Below are positions 18,530 through 27,840 of a DNA stretch of 35,894 nucleotides, piece after piece (positions within the stretch are counted from its first letter, which is position 1; every line of letters starts with the position of its first letter). The stretch is from an uncultured bacterium. GTDB taxonomy: Bacteria > Myxococcota_A > UBA796 > CAJQPC01. The stretch lies in assembly GCA_963934385.1 (NCBI GenBank), contig CAWVYO010000003.1, positions 1 to 35,894 of the forward strand. The letters are read 5' to 3'. The notes below the pieces were generated by a model. That model ran no database searches and was not told the origin of the DNA. It saw nothing but the letters and a program-made list of their open reading frames with translations. The translations under genes were made by a program, and so were the position numbers.

Positions 18530-21160
18530 GTGGGTGAATTAGGCACAAAGCGAATGCCTGTGAGAAAACTCTCGGCAATGAATGTTTTAGCTTGGTGCTT
18601 TTCCATTATGTGCTTCTTGTTCATGGGTGGCGCCATAGTGGGCTATGGCACATCTCCCAGCACAACATCTGTATCTCCCAATCCAACTACTCTTTTGTCT
18701 GTCACCGTTGAGGGTGGAGATCCGTCAGAAGTTGTCGCACTAAAAATACCTCTCTTGATAAGTGAGCGGACGCTGCCCACCGACAGTACGATTACCTATT
18801 CAATCGCCGTTGATGTTCAAGATGTCGAGTCTATAAGACACCCAGCAGTCTTATTGGAGCGACCTTTGCACATGGCTTCGGTGACATGGGATGGTATAGA
18901 TGTTCCTCTCTTTTCATCACACGGTGGTGATCGACTAGATGGAGAAGGAACCCTCTTGGGGCGACTCCCGGTCATCTCTGAATCCGCTGTTGACTCCCAT
19001 CTGTTAACGGTAACTTTGACCGGGGCACACGGTTACTTGGGGGTTGCCAATGCTGTCAGTGTGGGAGAGTTTGCCGAGCTAGAGCGCTGGCAGCAATTCA
19101 GAGAGTTTAGGCTGGAGTTTGGGGCGACGGTGTTGTCGGTCACAGGGGTGGTTTTACTACTCATAGGTCTCTTTAGTAAGACTAGGGGGGAGTTTGTAGC
19201 AGCTGGGCTCTTCAGCTTGTTGATGGGGCTAACGATCTGTACTTTTGCAGATGTGTGGTCGGTCATGCCAGGGGGCTTGGAGTACAGACTGAGGATAAGA
19301 CATGCCGCAATAGGGCTAAGCCCGTTTTTTGGAATTACTGCGCTGATGTTTATTGTTCAGGAGCGCCAAGGGCAGTTCGTGTTGTTTGTTGGGGTGGCAT
19401 CATTCGCCATAGCGACAGTCGCTATGGGGTGGCCAGACTCCACAATACTCCCGTATGTGCGACTTCTTGAGCAATTGACAGCTGTTGCGACCTTGATTTA
19501 TGGCATAGCAAAGTCTTTCAAGCACAGTTTACAAGGTGTATTCGAGGCTAGAATAGTACTGGCTGTCGTCTTGGCTCTTATGGGTGTGTGGCTGTTGTCT
19601 CAGGTGCGGTACGGTATGGTTGGGGACGGTAGTCTCTTGGTGTTAGTTTTTGTCGCTGTTTGTGTCTCTATGATGATCCTCCTGATTAGGAGGTATCTCA
19701 CGTCATCCGAGCGTTACGCACAATTTGTATCAGAGGCTTTTGATGCGATAATTGTAGTAGATTCCAGCGGTATCGTTGTAGAGTCGAACGCTAGCGGTCG
19801 TTTACTGCTTGGAGGTTGGCTGGAGTGGCAAGAAGGCACTATATGCCTTTTTGAAAAAATTGAGCCGCTGGATATAGAGCTATGTCGCAAGCATGTGGCG
19901 AACAGATCCGGTGAAATTGCTGAGTTGAGGTTTCCCATTCGCCGTGGTGCAGGGGGACCAGAGCGTACAGTGCACGTTGATAGCGTATCTGTCGCCTTAG
20001 AGAATAATCTAGCCCTGCTAGTACTGCGGGACGTGACCCAGAGGAGGCAGATAGAGGGACGCATCATCTCATCCGTTAGGATGGAGACGCTTGGGATTGT
20101 CGCAAGGGGAATAGCTCACGATTACAACAACACTCTTTCGGCTGTATTGGGACAGTTGACCATGTTGGAGCACGAGGTGGAAGCGGTTGACTCGGATCTT
20201 GTACATAGAATCGAGAGATTGATCGTTGAGACATCAGAGCGTACAAGGAGGCAGTTGGCGATAGTTCGCGGTGGGAACGAGCCAAGCCGTTCTGTTGATC
20301 CAATTGACTTAGTGGAGAGTATAAGTCAGCTGGTAACTGGAACGTTGCCTGACAATGTCTTCCTTAAACAAAGTTTCGGAGAAGATCTACCCTCTGTTCA
20401 CTGTAAGGCGGTAGAAATTGAGCAGGTATTGTTGAGCCTCGTCACTAACGCTCGAGATGCGTTGGCTGATCAAGGCAGAGGGCAGATCGAGATTAGAGCA
20501 GAAAAGGCAGCTGGTGATTTCGTTGTGTTCTCTGTAACAGATGACGGTCCAGTTATTCCAAAAGAACACGCGTACATGGTTTGGAGCCCTTTCTTTTCAT
20601 CTGCAGGGAGAGATCTAGGAGCAGGGCTTGCCATGTCGGTTGTCCAGCGCGTAGTGAGGGAGCACGGTGGAAGCGTGAGTTTTGTTACGCCCATGAGCGG
20701 AGTCGGGGCCAGGTTTGAGGTTTTTATTCCCACTTCTGAAGCCACTGCACACTCAGAGCCTACTGTGGCAAGCACAAAGCTTGGACATGTGCTGGTTGTA
20801 GAGGATGAGCCTAATATAAGGGAGGTTATGGTTTCAATATTGCGTCTAAGAGGATTCACTGTGGCGCAGGCAGAGTCGTCGGAGATTGCCAGAGAGAATT
20901 ACAATCCGAAGGACTTTCAGTTGTTAGTTACAGATGTAATTATGGGTTCTGAAAACGGAATAAGTCTGGCCAAGAACTTTACGAAGATAAACCCAAGGCT
21001 TGCAGTTCTGGTCGTCAGTGGGCGGGTCCCAGAAAAACTGAGTGCATCTGACACATGGGCTTTTTTGGATAAGCCGTTTACTCCAGATATGTTGGTGGCA
21101 TCTGCTCGCAAGGCGATCCTGTTGTCCAAAGTCACTCCTGGTGAGCCTGTGTATGAGTAA
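18530..21160 (+). CDS. Membrane hybrid sensor histidine kinase (extracytoplasmic beta domain, ~7TM, PAS, HisKA, degenerate HATPase, receiver)
   Basis: AGGAG RBS then GTG. H-box IAHDYNN (His codon 20117-20119), N-box SLVTNARDA, G1 DDGPVI, G2 GAGLAM, and receiver VEDE/VTD/SG/KPF. Confidence 0.88.
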   Translation: MGELGTKRMPVRKLSAMNVLAWCFSIMCFLFMGGAIVGYGTSPSTTSVSPNPTTLLSVTVEGGDPSEVVALKIPLLISERTLPTDSTITYSIAVDVQDVESIRHPAVLLERPLHMASVTWDGIDVPLFSSHGGDRLDGEGTLLGRLPVISESAVDSHLLTVTLTGAHGYLGVANAVSVGEFAELERWQQFREFRLEFGATVLSVTGVVLLLIGLFSKTRGEFVAAGLFSLLMGLTICTFADVWSVMPGGLEYRLRIRHAAIGLSPFFGITALMFIVQERQGQFVLFVGVASFAIATVAMGWPDSTILPYVRLLEQLTAVATLIYGIAKSFKHSLQGVFEARIVLAVVLALMGVWLLSQVRYGMVGDGSLLVLVFVAVCVSMMILLIRRYLTSSERYAQFVSEAFDAIIVVDSSGIVVESNASGRLLLGGWLEWQEGTICLFEKIEPLDIELCRKHVANRSGEIAELRFPIRRGAGGPERTVHVDSVSVALENNLALLVLRDVTQRRQIEGRIISSVRMETLGIVARGIAHDYNNTLSAVLGQLTMLEHEVEAVDSDLVHRIERLIVETSERTRRQLAIVRGGNEPSRSVDPIDLVESISQLVTGTLPDNVFLKQSFGEDLPSVHCKAVEIEQVLLSLVTNARDALADQGRGQIEIRAEKAAGDFVVFSVTDDGPVIPKEHAYMVWSPFFSSAGRDLGAGLAMSVVQRVVREHGGSVSFVTPMSGVGARFEVFIPTSEATAHSEPTVASTKLGHVLVVEDEPNIREVMVSILRLRGFTVAQAESSEIARENYNPKDFQLLVTDVIMGSENGISLAKNFTKINPRLAVLVVSGRVPEKLSASDTWAFLDKPFTPDMLVASARKAILLSKVTPGEPVYE

Positions 21161-23330
21161 TAAAGACACTATTTTCACTAGTTTATGGAACAACTGGTGG
21201 TTGAATGTTGCCGCCATTTTGGTAGTCCTAGGCTTGATGCTTCTTTTTCTGGGACGAGCGGTTGGTGGAGAGGTTGAATTCATTAGGGGGGCATATCCAG
21301 CGACCTCTCAGTCGATAGCAACCCAAGCATCGGAAATTGAGCACGAATCGTTCGACCTCGTCGGCGACTTTGTGGCCCAAGGCATAGCTGGGGACTCAAC
21401 AGTTACTTGGACTATTCCCCTGGAATTAACCTCGGATGTTGAACAGATGACATGGGGGTTATACGGCGCCCTATTTTCTTCTCAGGTGACATGGGACGGA
21501 GAAGTTGTTGGTGGCGTGGGTAGCTTCAGCGAAACTTCAGATGTCGATTCCACTATTGGTCGCATCATGGTGACTGTACCACCGGAGCAGAGTCTGGCAG
21601 GTCATCACGAATTACAGCTGACTGTGGTTGGAAAATACGGTGAAGGTAGAATGTCAGGTGAGCTGGTGTGGGGAACAAGAGCTGAAGTGCTCTCTCACTA
21701 TCGGCATCTACGATTTTTGACCTATATGGTTGAAGGCGCTTTTACGGTGTTGGCTATTACATTTCTGCTCATCGCAGCATTTGGATTTCAGCGAGAAGAA
21801 TTCCTTATTTGGGGCTGGTATCTTTTCAGCATGAGTTTGATAACTCCTGCCTTTTCGGGCATGTGGGATCTGTTCTCTGAGTCAGGGGATTTACAACGGC
21901 GAATACAGTTTGTTGGTATGGTAGTGGTCCCTCTGTCCACGATCTTACAGCCAGCATGGATGGGGAGGGTACACCGTAAAAAGTGGATTGTTGTTCCGGT
22001 GGTGGTGCTTTCAGTTATTGGTATCCTTGCCGGATCTATTTTAGACTTGAGGACCCTAGTTCTTCTTCGGAATTGGGTGGGAGTCCTAGCTCTTTTAGTT
22101 GTGGTCGCAGCAACTATTTGGATTGATTATTTGGCCTTCAAAGGTAACCGTGAGGCCAAGTTTTTTGCAGTTATTGCGGTGTTGTTGGGCGTTGGCGCCG
22201 TGTCGGCTATTATCGCGACAATGGGGCTTACAGCGGACTATCAATTGATGTTGCCGTGTGCTGCTATCTCTTCTGCTGCTACGGCAGTCTACTTCATTGT
22301 CAGGCATTCGAGTCTGGCAAATAGATATGCGATCCTTCTGGATAGTGTTGGTGATGGGATCATTGTTGTGGATCGGGGCGGGATAATCCGCGAGGCTAAT
22401 CTGGCTGCTAAAAATCTGCTGGGTGGGAAACTTGGTCAGTTCAAGGATTCTTTGAGGAAAAGTGAATACGAGATATTTACGGCCCATGCTTATGGAGCGC
22501 GGGTGGGTCACCGGGAGGAGTTTCATCTCGACAGAGAGAATGGTAATACAGTAGTAGAAAGTATTTCAGTGAACCTGATAGATGGCACAACGCTGTTGTC
22601 GCTTAGAGATATACGAGAGCGAATGGAGCTCGAGTTGGAAATGGCTCAAGCTGCGCGTATTGAGACCACAGAGCTAGTTGTTATCGAGCTTGCTAGAGAT
22701 CTCAGGTCTTGTGTGTCATCAATAAGTGCTGCTGCTGATCGTCTAAAGAGTGTCTGCTCTAAGGGCAAAGCCAAAAATAGATATGATCGGTTCGTTGATG
22801 TTTTAGGGAGATGTTCAGACCTTGGAGACCAGTTATCGATGTTGGCTTCAGGGGTTGGTGTTGAGGCTCAAGAATTCATTCTGGACGATGCCTTGAGAGG
22901 CGTGCTCGATTCACTAGATCAAAGTTTGGGAGAAAAGGTAACAGTTCACCGTAAACTAGGCGTTAGCGGTCTCATGGTACTAGGGGTGATTCAAGAGATT
23001 GAGAGTATCTTTGTGAACCTGATCTTTAACTCACGTGATGCATTGGGTGACAATGGGGGAAACGTTTGGATAGAGAGCCAAAAAAATGGTGATGTTGTTG
23101 ATATTTCATTTGAAGATGATGGTCCTGGGATCCCGGAGGAGCTGCGGGAGAGAGTGTGGGAACCGTTCTTTTCAACAAAAGCCCGAGGGCACGGAGGGGG
23201 AGTGGGGCTGTCCGTAGTGGCTCGCGTAATTAGGCGTCACAACGGTCAGTGCATAATCGAGCGAGGCGACCGAGCTGGCGGCGCCAGATTAGTTGTGTCT
23301 TTGCCTATCGCCAGCACGTTGACTCTATGA
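21153..23330 (+). CDS. Membrane sensor kinase paralog lacking the phosphoacceptor His (extracytoplasmic domain, ~7TM, PAS, HATPase)
   Basis: ATG at 21153 overlaps the upstream TAA. The H-box equivalent is LARDLRS; VNLIFNSRDA, DDGPGI, PFFSTK and GGGVGL are intact. Confidence 0.85.
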   Translation: MSNKDTIFTSLWNNWWLNVAAILVVLGLMLLFLGRAVGGEVEFIRGAYPATSQSIATQASEIEHESFDLVGDFVAQGIAGDSTVTWTIPLELTSDVEQMTWGLYGALFSSQVTWDGEVVGGVGSFSETSDVDSTIGRIMVTVPPEQSLAGHHELQLTVVGKYGEGRMSGELVWGTRAEVLSHYRHLRFLTYMVEGAFTVLAITFLLIAAFGFQREEFLIWGWYLFSMSLITPAFSGMWDLFSESGDLQRRIQFVGMVVVPLSTILQPAWMGRVHRKKWIVVPVVVLSVIGILAGSILDLRTLVLLRNWVGVLALLVVVAATIWIDYLAFKGNREAKFFAVIAVLLGVGAVSAIIATMGLTADYQLMLPCAAISSAATAVYFIVRHSSLANRYAILLDSVGDGIIVVDRGGIIREANLAAKNLLGGKLGQFKDSLRKSEYEIFTAHAYGARVGHREEFHLDRENGNTVVESISVNLIDGTTLLSLRDIRERMELELEMAQAARIETTELVVIELARDLRSCVSSISAAADRLKSVCSKGKAKNRYDRFVDVLGRCSDLGDQLSMLASGVGVEAQEFILDDALRGVLDSLDQSLGEKVTVHRKLGVSGLMVLGVIQEIESIFVNLIFNSRDALGDNGGNVWIESQKNGDVVDISFEDDGPGIPEELRERVWEPFFSTKARGHGGGVGLSVVARVIRRHNGQCIIERGDRAGGARLVVSLPIASTLTL

Positions 23331-23764
23331 TCGTGGGTTCACTTACTATAGGTTTAATATCAGGCTTCACCTTGTTGAGGTATTGTATTAGTCGTTCGAG
23401 GTCGGAAAATATCGGGTTTTCTAGGGCATCCGTGGTGCTCCCCGCAGAGGCTGACTTTTCTTACGACACTCCCATAGAGGCGGCAATAGCTGGGGCTGAG
23501 TTTGGTCAGGTCGTATGGGTGTCAGGGACACCTTTGGTGCATACTCGAGTTCACAATGTCCGCGCTGGGTCCACTGTTGAAGAGACTCTGGACATCATCA
23601 AAGTTCTGACAAAGTTGTCTCCAACAACTGTAGTTGTCAACGGGCTTGCTGGATTAGAGCCGCCTGGCTCAGCCGAGGCTCCTAACGCTGTTGTGGATGA
23701 ACTCTTGGCTAACTCGCCTGCTCCAGTACATATCTTTCTGCCAGGCGGGAGGGTGGCGAGTTAG
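23327..23764 (+). CDS. Hypothetical protein (145 aa) with N-terminal hydrophobic anchor
   Basis: ATGA overlap with the kinase stop at 23327-23330. It fills the gap up to the next gene and shows an alpha/beta pattern. Confidence 0.7.
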   Translation: MIVGSLTIGLISGFTLLRYCISRSRSENIGFSRASVVLPAEADFSYDTPIEAAIAGAEFGQVVWVSGTPLVHTRVHNVRAGSTVEETLDIIKVLTKLSPTTVVVNGLAGLEPPGSAEAPNAVVDELLANSPAPVHIFLPGGRVAS

Positions 23765-23774
23765 AGTGTGACCT

Positions 23775-25481
23775 GTGAGTGGTTCTAAAACATTGGTTGT
23801 AGGTCTAGATGGGGCCACTTTTAGGGTGTTGGACCCACTGATAGCCCGTGGGCTCTGCCCAAATATTGCGAAGCTAATCGAAACAGGCGTTAGCGCCCCA
23901 TTAAACTCGACCACCCCTCCAATGACTCTTCCTTCGTGGTCCTCATTTATTACGGGGTGTACCCCTGGAGTCCACGGGATCTTTGATTTTACGCATCGCG
24001 TCGAGGGCGAGTATGGTCTAGAGTTCACAAATTCCACCCACAGAGCTGTGCCCACGATTCACGCGCTCCTTTCTAGGCGGGGAGTGCGAACGGCGTGTAT
24101 TGCCATGCCTACAACCTACCCCCCCGAGAAGAACGACGGCGTGATGATCTCTGGGTTTGACTCACCTGTGGCGACATCAATCGACGGTAGGTTTTGTCAC
24201 CCTCCAGCCCTCTTTCACGAGCTAAAAGCCCAGTTTGGCGGGATGGCTTTTGCAGACTTTCAGGAGCTAGACATTGGGGAGGGCTGGCATGAAAAGGCGC
24301 TCAGTTCTCTCTTGTCAGAGATAGAACGCAAAGAAGAAATAGCTATTTGGTTGTTAAAGCAGGAGCGTTGGGGTCTGTTTACATTGCTGTTTGGCGAGTC
24401 TGACACGGTCTCTCATCACTTCTGGATGTTTCACGATGAGTCCTCGCCGAGGTTTGTGGATAATCCAAGGCTTAAGGGGGCCATAGAGCAGGTTTATGAG
24501 GCGCTGGATGATTCCCTTGGGCGAATATTGAGTGCTGCAGGAGCCGATGTCGTGATGATCGCATCTGATCACGGATTTGGCCCGTCTGGTGACTACGCTT
24601 TATATCTGAACCGCTATCTAGAGAAGATGGGTTGGTTGACCTACAAGAGAGATCCGTATCGCGGAACTAATGGGCTTGCCTCTGGATCTGGCTGGATCGA
24701 TAAGCTTAAGGAGATGGCGCTAGAACACCTTCCTGCGGAAGCTCAACAATCGCTAATGCGAGCGCTCCCTGATGGGTTGGTCGGTAGAATCGAGAGCGCA
24801 TCTAGATATGCAGATATTGATTTTTCAAAAACCGCAGCGTTCTCCGATGAGATGAACTATTCGGCGACGATTCACTTAAACAAATTAGGTCGCGATAGAC
24901 TTGGGGTGGAGATCGACACATCTAAGCTTATTTCTGATCTGTTAGATTGGAAGGTGGATGGTGAGCCTGTAGTAGCTAAAGTGGAGAGCCGTGAAGAGCT
25001 CTACAGCGGAGACTGTGTCTCTCGGTCATCAGACCTTATTTTGACCCTAAATGAGAGAGGTACAGGAGCCCTCTCAGACGGTTTTTCTTATACGCTTCTG
25101 CCTTCTGGGAGAGTGCCAACAGGGACAACTTTTAGGAAAATGAAGGGCGACGAACTTGTTGGTGGTAAGGGGCGTGGGATGAACGGTAGTCACCGCCAGC
25201 ATGGAGTGCTTGTTGTGAATGGTCAAGGCGTCCGTAGTGGGGTGCAGGTAGAGGCGAGTATGCAGGACTGTATCCCGACTTTACTGGCCCTCATGGGAGA
25301 GGCGATACCTGATTGGTGTGATGGCTCGGTTATAATGTCCGCACTAGAAGGCGTTAGCCCCAGATACACTGAGCGAGGATGCGAGTGGTTTGGTAAACAA
25401 GGCGCTGGTGGCGACCCCCATCGAGACCTCTCAGATGATGTTGAAATACGTCGGCGCCTAAGGTCGCTAGGGTACCTATAG
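23775..25481 (+). CDS. Alkaline phosphatase superfamily / type I phosphodiesterase-nucleotide pyrophosphatase
   Basis: VGLDGAT, STTPPMTLPSW (Thr nucleophile), GVHGIFDF, DTVSH, SDHGF, GSHRQHG and C-terminal RLRSLGYL. Confidence 0.88.
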   Translation: MSGSKTLVVGLDGATFRVLDPLIARGLCPNIAKLIETGVSAPLNSTTPPMTLPSWSSFITGCTPGVHGIFDFTHRVEGEYGLEFTNSTHRAVPTIHALLSRRGVRTACIAMPTTYPPEKNDGVMISGFDSPVATSIDGRFCHPPALFHELKAQFGGMAFADFQELDIGEGWHEKALSSLLSEIERKEEIAIWLLKQERWGLFTLLFGESDTVSHHFWMFHDESSPRFVDNPRLKGAIEQVYEALDDSLGRILSAAGADVVMIASDHGFGPSGDYALYLNRYLEKMGWLTYKRDPYRGTNGLASGSGWIDKLKEMALEHLPAEAQQSLMRALPDGLVGRIESASRYADIDFSKTAAFSDEMNYSATIHLNKLGRDRLGVEIDTSKLISDLLDWKVDGEPVVAKVESREELYSGDCVSRSSDLILTLNERGTGALSDGFSYTLLPSGRVPTGTTFRKMKGDELVGGKGRGMNGSHRQHGVLVVNGQGVRSGVQVEASMQDCIPTLLALMGEAIPDWCDGSVIMSALEGVSPRYTERGCEWFGKQGAGGDPHRDLSDDVEIRRRLRSLGYL

Positions 25482-26618
25482 ATGGCGACTATTGTTCAGG
25501 CTGCTGCATTTCCTTATCCAACTATGCAGGGCTCTCAGGTCTATGTGCGAGGAATGGCCAAGGCGCTTGCAAAGCGAGGTCACCGGGTGATCGTTGCTGC
25601 CTATGGTCACGGTGAAATAGATGGGATTTCGGATTTAGAATACGAGGTTGTTCGTACTCCACGTGTGCCGTTTTACAACAACCTGAGGGCTGGCCCAGAT
25701 CTTATAAAACCAGCTTTGGATTTGGCATTGGCGGCTAATCTTTTACGGATAGGTAGAGAGGCTGATATAGTCCATGCCCATAATTATGAGGCTCCAATTG
25801 CGGCGTACCTTTCACGTCTATTTACCAATGTTCCCGTTGTTTATAACAACCACAACACAATGTCAGAGGAGCTACACCAGTATTTCAAGAGCAGCACGGC
25901 GAAGCGGGCGGCTACATGGCTAGGAGGGGTGTTGGATAGGCAGGTGCCGCGACGCGCCGACGCGACTGTCGCAATTTCCGAAGAGGCGGTAGGTCTCTTG
26001 AAGGGGTTTGGTTGCCAGTCGGTGTCGTATGTACCACCAGGGGTTGACCCTGTTGATTTCGAAGGGGCAGATCCAAGCTCTATACGAACGGAGCTAGATC
26101 TAAAAGGTAGGCGTTGGGTAGTATACGCAGGAAATCCCGACGCATACCAAGACTTAGATGTTCTTGTTGACGGTGTCGCCAGCCTAAAGGATGTTGGTTT
26201 GATAATGGTATCAGCTAGCGATCTGACTGGCTGGCGGGAGCGCTCAGGTCTTCCACCAGAACGTCTTAGGTTGGTTCAAGAGCGAAGCTGGCAAGTGACA
26301 AGAGACATTATATCTGCCGCGGATGTTGCAGCCCTCCCCCGTGGGGCGTGTAGCGGCTATCCAATAAAGTTACTCAACTATCTAGGGTTGGGTGTGCCAA
26401 CGGTCTGCTGTGAAGGGTCTTACAGACCTCTCCCTGGGGTGTTTGTCTCTCCCAATTATGACAAGTCGGCCTTTGGGGAAAAGATCGAACATCTGCTGTC
26501 ACGTGATGATTTGGATCAAATAGGAGAGCAGGCTCGAGAAAACATACGCCTAAACTGCAGTTGGGACAGTCGAGCCGCCGAACTAGAGGTGGTTTATGAG
26601 CCCTTGTTGGGCTTGTAG
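25482..26618 (+). CDS. Glycosyltransferase family 4 (GT-B)
   Basis: ALAKRGHRV, DIVHAHN, VPPGVD, YAGN, PIKLLNYLGLGVP and SWD..A. Abuts the upstream stop (TAGATG). Confidence 0.88.
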   Translation: MATIVQAAAFPYPTMQGSQVYVRGMAKALAKRGHRVIVAAYGHGEIDGISDLEYEVVRTPRVPFYNNLRAGPDLIKPALDLALAANLLRIGREADIVHAHNYEAPIAAYLSRLFTNVPVVYNNHNTMSEELHQYFKSSTAKRAATWLGGVLDRQVPRRADATVAISEEAVGLLKGFGCQSVSYVPPGVDPVDFEGADPSSIRTELDLKGRRWVVYAGNPDAYQDLDVLVDGVASLKDVGLIMVSASDLTGWRERSGLPPERLRLVQERSWQVTRDIISAADVAALPRGACSGYPIKLLNYLGLGVPTVCCEGSYRPLPGVFVSPNYDKSAFGEKIEHLLSRDDLDQIGEQARENIRLNCSWDSRAAELEVVYEPLLGL

Positions 26619-26641
26619 GAAAAAAAACTTCCAAGAAAGTC

Positions 26642-26670
26642 TTGACACGTCCATAGCAATGGGCGAATCT
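26642..26670 (+). promoter_or_regulatory. Possible sigma70-type promoter for the M23 gene
   Basis: Perfect TTGACA at 26642-26647 after an A-rich tract; the -10 element at 17 bp (GAATCT) is poor. Confidence 0.3.
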
Positions 26671-26750
26671 GCATAGACTCCCCCCTTCTAAGACAGAGAT
26701 CCCCTCTCTGTTGGATGACTTTCTCTTACCAATCACGGGTAAACATAAAA

Positions 26751-27836
26751 ATGCGAACAGATCGTTACACGCCAAACCAGCCTCCTTACCTGCTATATGG
26801 TCTTCTTGGGTGCTCACTTCTTTTGAATCTTTACATGGTGGTGAATCGGGGGGGCGATTCGGTTGACTCGCCAGCCGTAGCCAGTGCGATGGTTGGGGAT
26901 ACGATGCAAGCATCTCTGGGATTTGTAGTGTCGGAGTCAACGGCACCAACCCAACAGACACAGGGCAACACTGTTGCTAGAACTGGGGCGGTAAACATCG
27001 CAACAGACGCCGCCGTGCATGTGTCGTCTAATCCATCCCAAAATATTACAGCTCCAGCTTTGGACTTGGGTGGTGGATCGTGGGAATATGTGGACGTTGA
27101 GGTCTCTCATTCTCTTGCCCGTACGTTTCAGAGGGCAGTAGGAGAAGAGTCCGGAGCATTGGCCGCTGTCTACTCAAGGCTGTTTATGTGGGATCTGGAT
27201 TTGAGGCGTGATGTACTTGGTGGAGATCGAATCTCTGTTGTGTATAGGGTTTTGGATGATGGCGGAATCGAGATCCCTGTCGCGACCTACACCAGCGGAA
27301 GACTAAGCAGAACTCTATATGCATATCAATACACCGCACCGGGCGATGCCTATCCATCGTACTGGACTGAAGAAGGTGTCGAGGTGCCTAAGCGTCTGAT
27401 TCGTGGACCTCTTAACAATTATGAGCAGATTACCTCCTTACTAAAGGATCGTCCGACTCATAGGGGAATGGACTTCAAGCTGGATATTGGCGGCGACGTT
27501 GTGAGCCCGCGTGCGGGCACGGTCACACGTGTGAACTGGAACACTGGCGCTAATGGCGGCTGCGTGGAAGTCCGGTTTGCCGACGGCACTCTTGCTAAGT
27601 TCTTACACTTGTCTGGCTCAAACGTTAGCCCAAACCAACACGTACGTGAAGGTGAGGTTATCGCATCCAGTGGTAATACAGGGCGCTCTACGGGACCTCA
27701 CCTGCATTATCAACTCGATAGAAATGGTAACAATATTGACCCCGTCGATTACCACGGTACAGAGCGCAGGCAGATAAGCAATAGCGCTGGTTTCTTGGTT
27801 GAGGTTAATAGGCTGAACGGGCTCTTGGCTCGCTAG
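26751..27836 (+). CDS. M23-family metallopeptidase (peptidoglycan DD-endopeptidase, MepM-like)
   Basis: N-terminal TM segment, HRGMD (HxxxD), FLHLS and SGNTGRSTGPHLHY (HxH). The start may be 26715 instead. Confidence 0.88.
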   Translation: MRTDRYTPNQPPYLLYGLLGCSLLLNLYMVVNRGGDSVDSPAVASAMVGDTMQASLGFVVSESTAPTQQTQGNTVARTGAVNIATDAAVHVSSNPSQNITAPALDLGGGSWEYVDVEVSHSLARTFQRAVGEESGALAAVYSRLFMWDLDLRRDVLGGDRISVVYRVLDDGGIEIPVATYTSGRLSRTLYAYQYTAPGDAYPSYWTEEGVEVPKRLIRGPLNNYEQITSLLKDRPTHRGMDFKLDIGGDVVSPRAGTVTRVNWNTGANGGCVEVRFADGTLAKFLHLSGSNVSPNQHVREGEVIASSGNTGRSTGPHLHYQLDRNGNNIDPVDYHGTERRQISNSAGFLVEVNRLNGLLAR

Positions 27837-27840
27837 TTAA

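Noticed and set aside
21042-21152. Longer N-termini from the ORF track (21042, 23249, 29640, 31815, 33615)
   Set aside because: Downstream ATGs give start/stop coupling, an RBS or proper signal peptides, so the extensions are unlikely.
21153-23330. The His-less kinase as a pseudogene or sequencing error
   Set aside because: The ORF is full length and uninterrupted, the ATP-binding boxes are intact, and the Arg codon differs from His codons at all three positions.
26320-26400. GT4 lacking the EX7E glutamates (PIKLLNY)
   Set aside because: To my knowledge PxKLLNY/PxKxxEY variants are common in a GT4 subgroup, so this is not evidence of inactivity.
26660-26750. Possible riboswitch ahead of the M23 gene (hairpin ACAGAGA/TCTCTGT at 26693-26711)
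   Set aside because: It is only a short hairpin and I recognise no aptamer consensus. An Rfam/Infernal scan would settle it.
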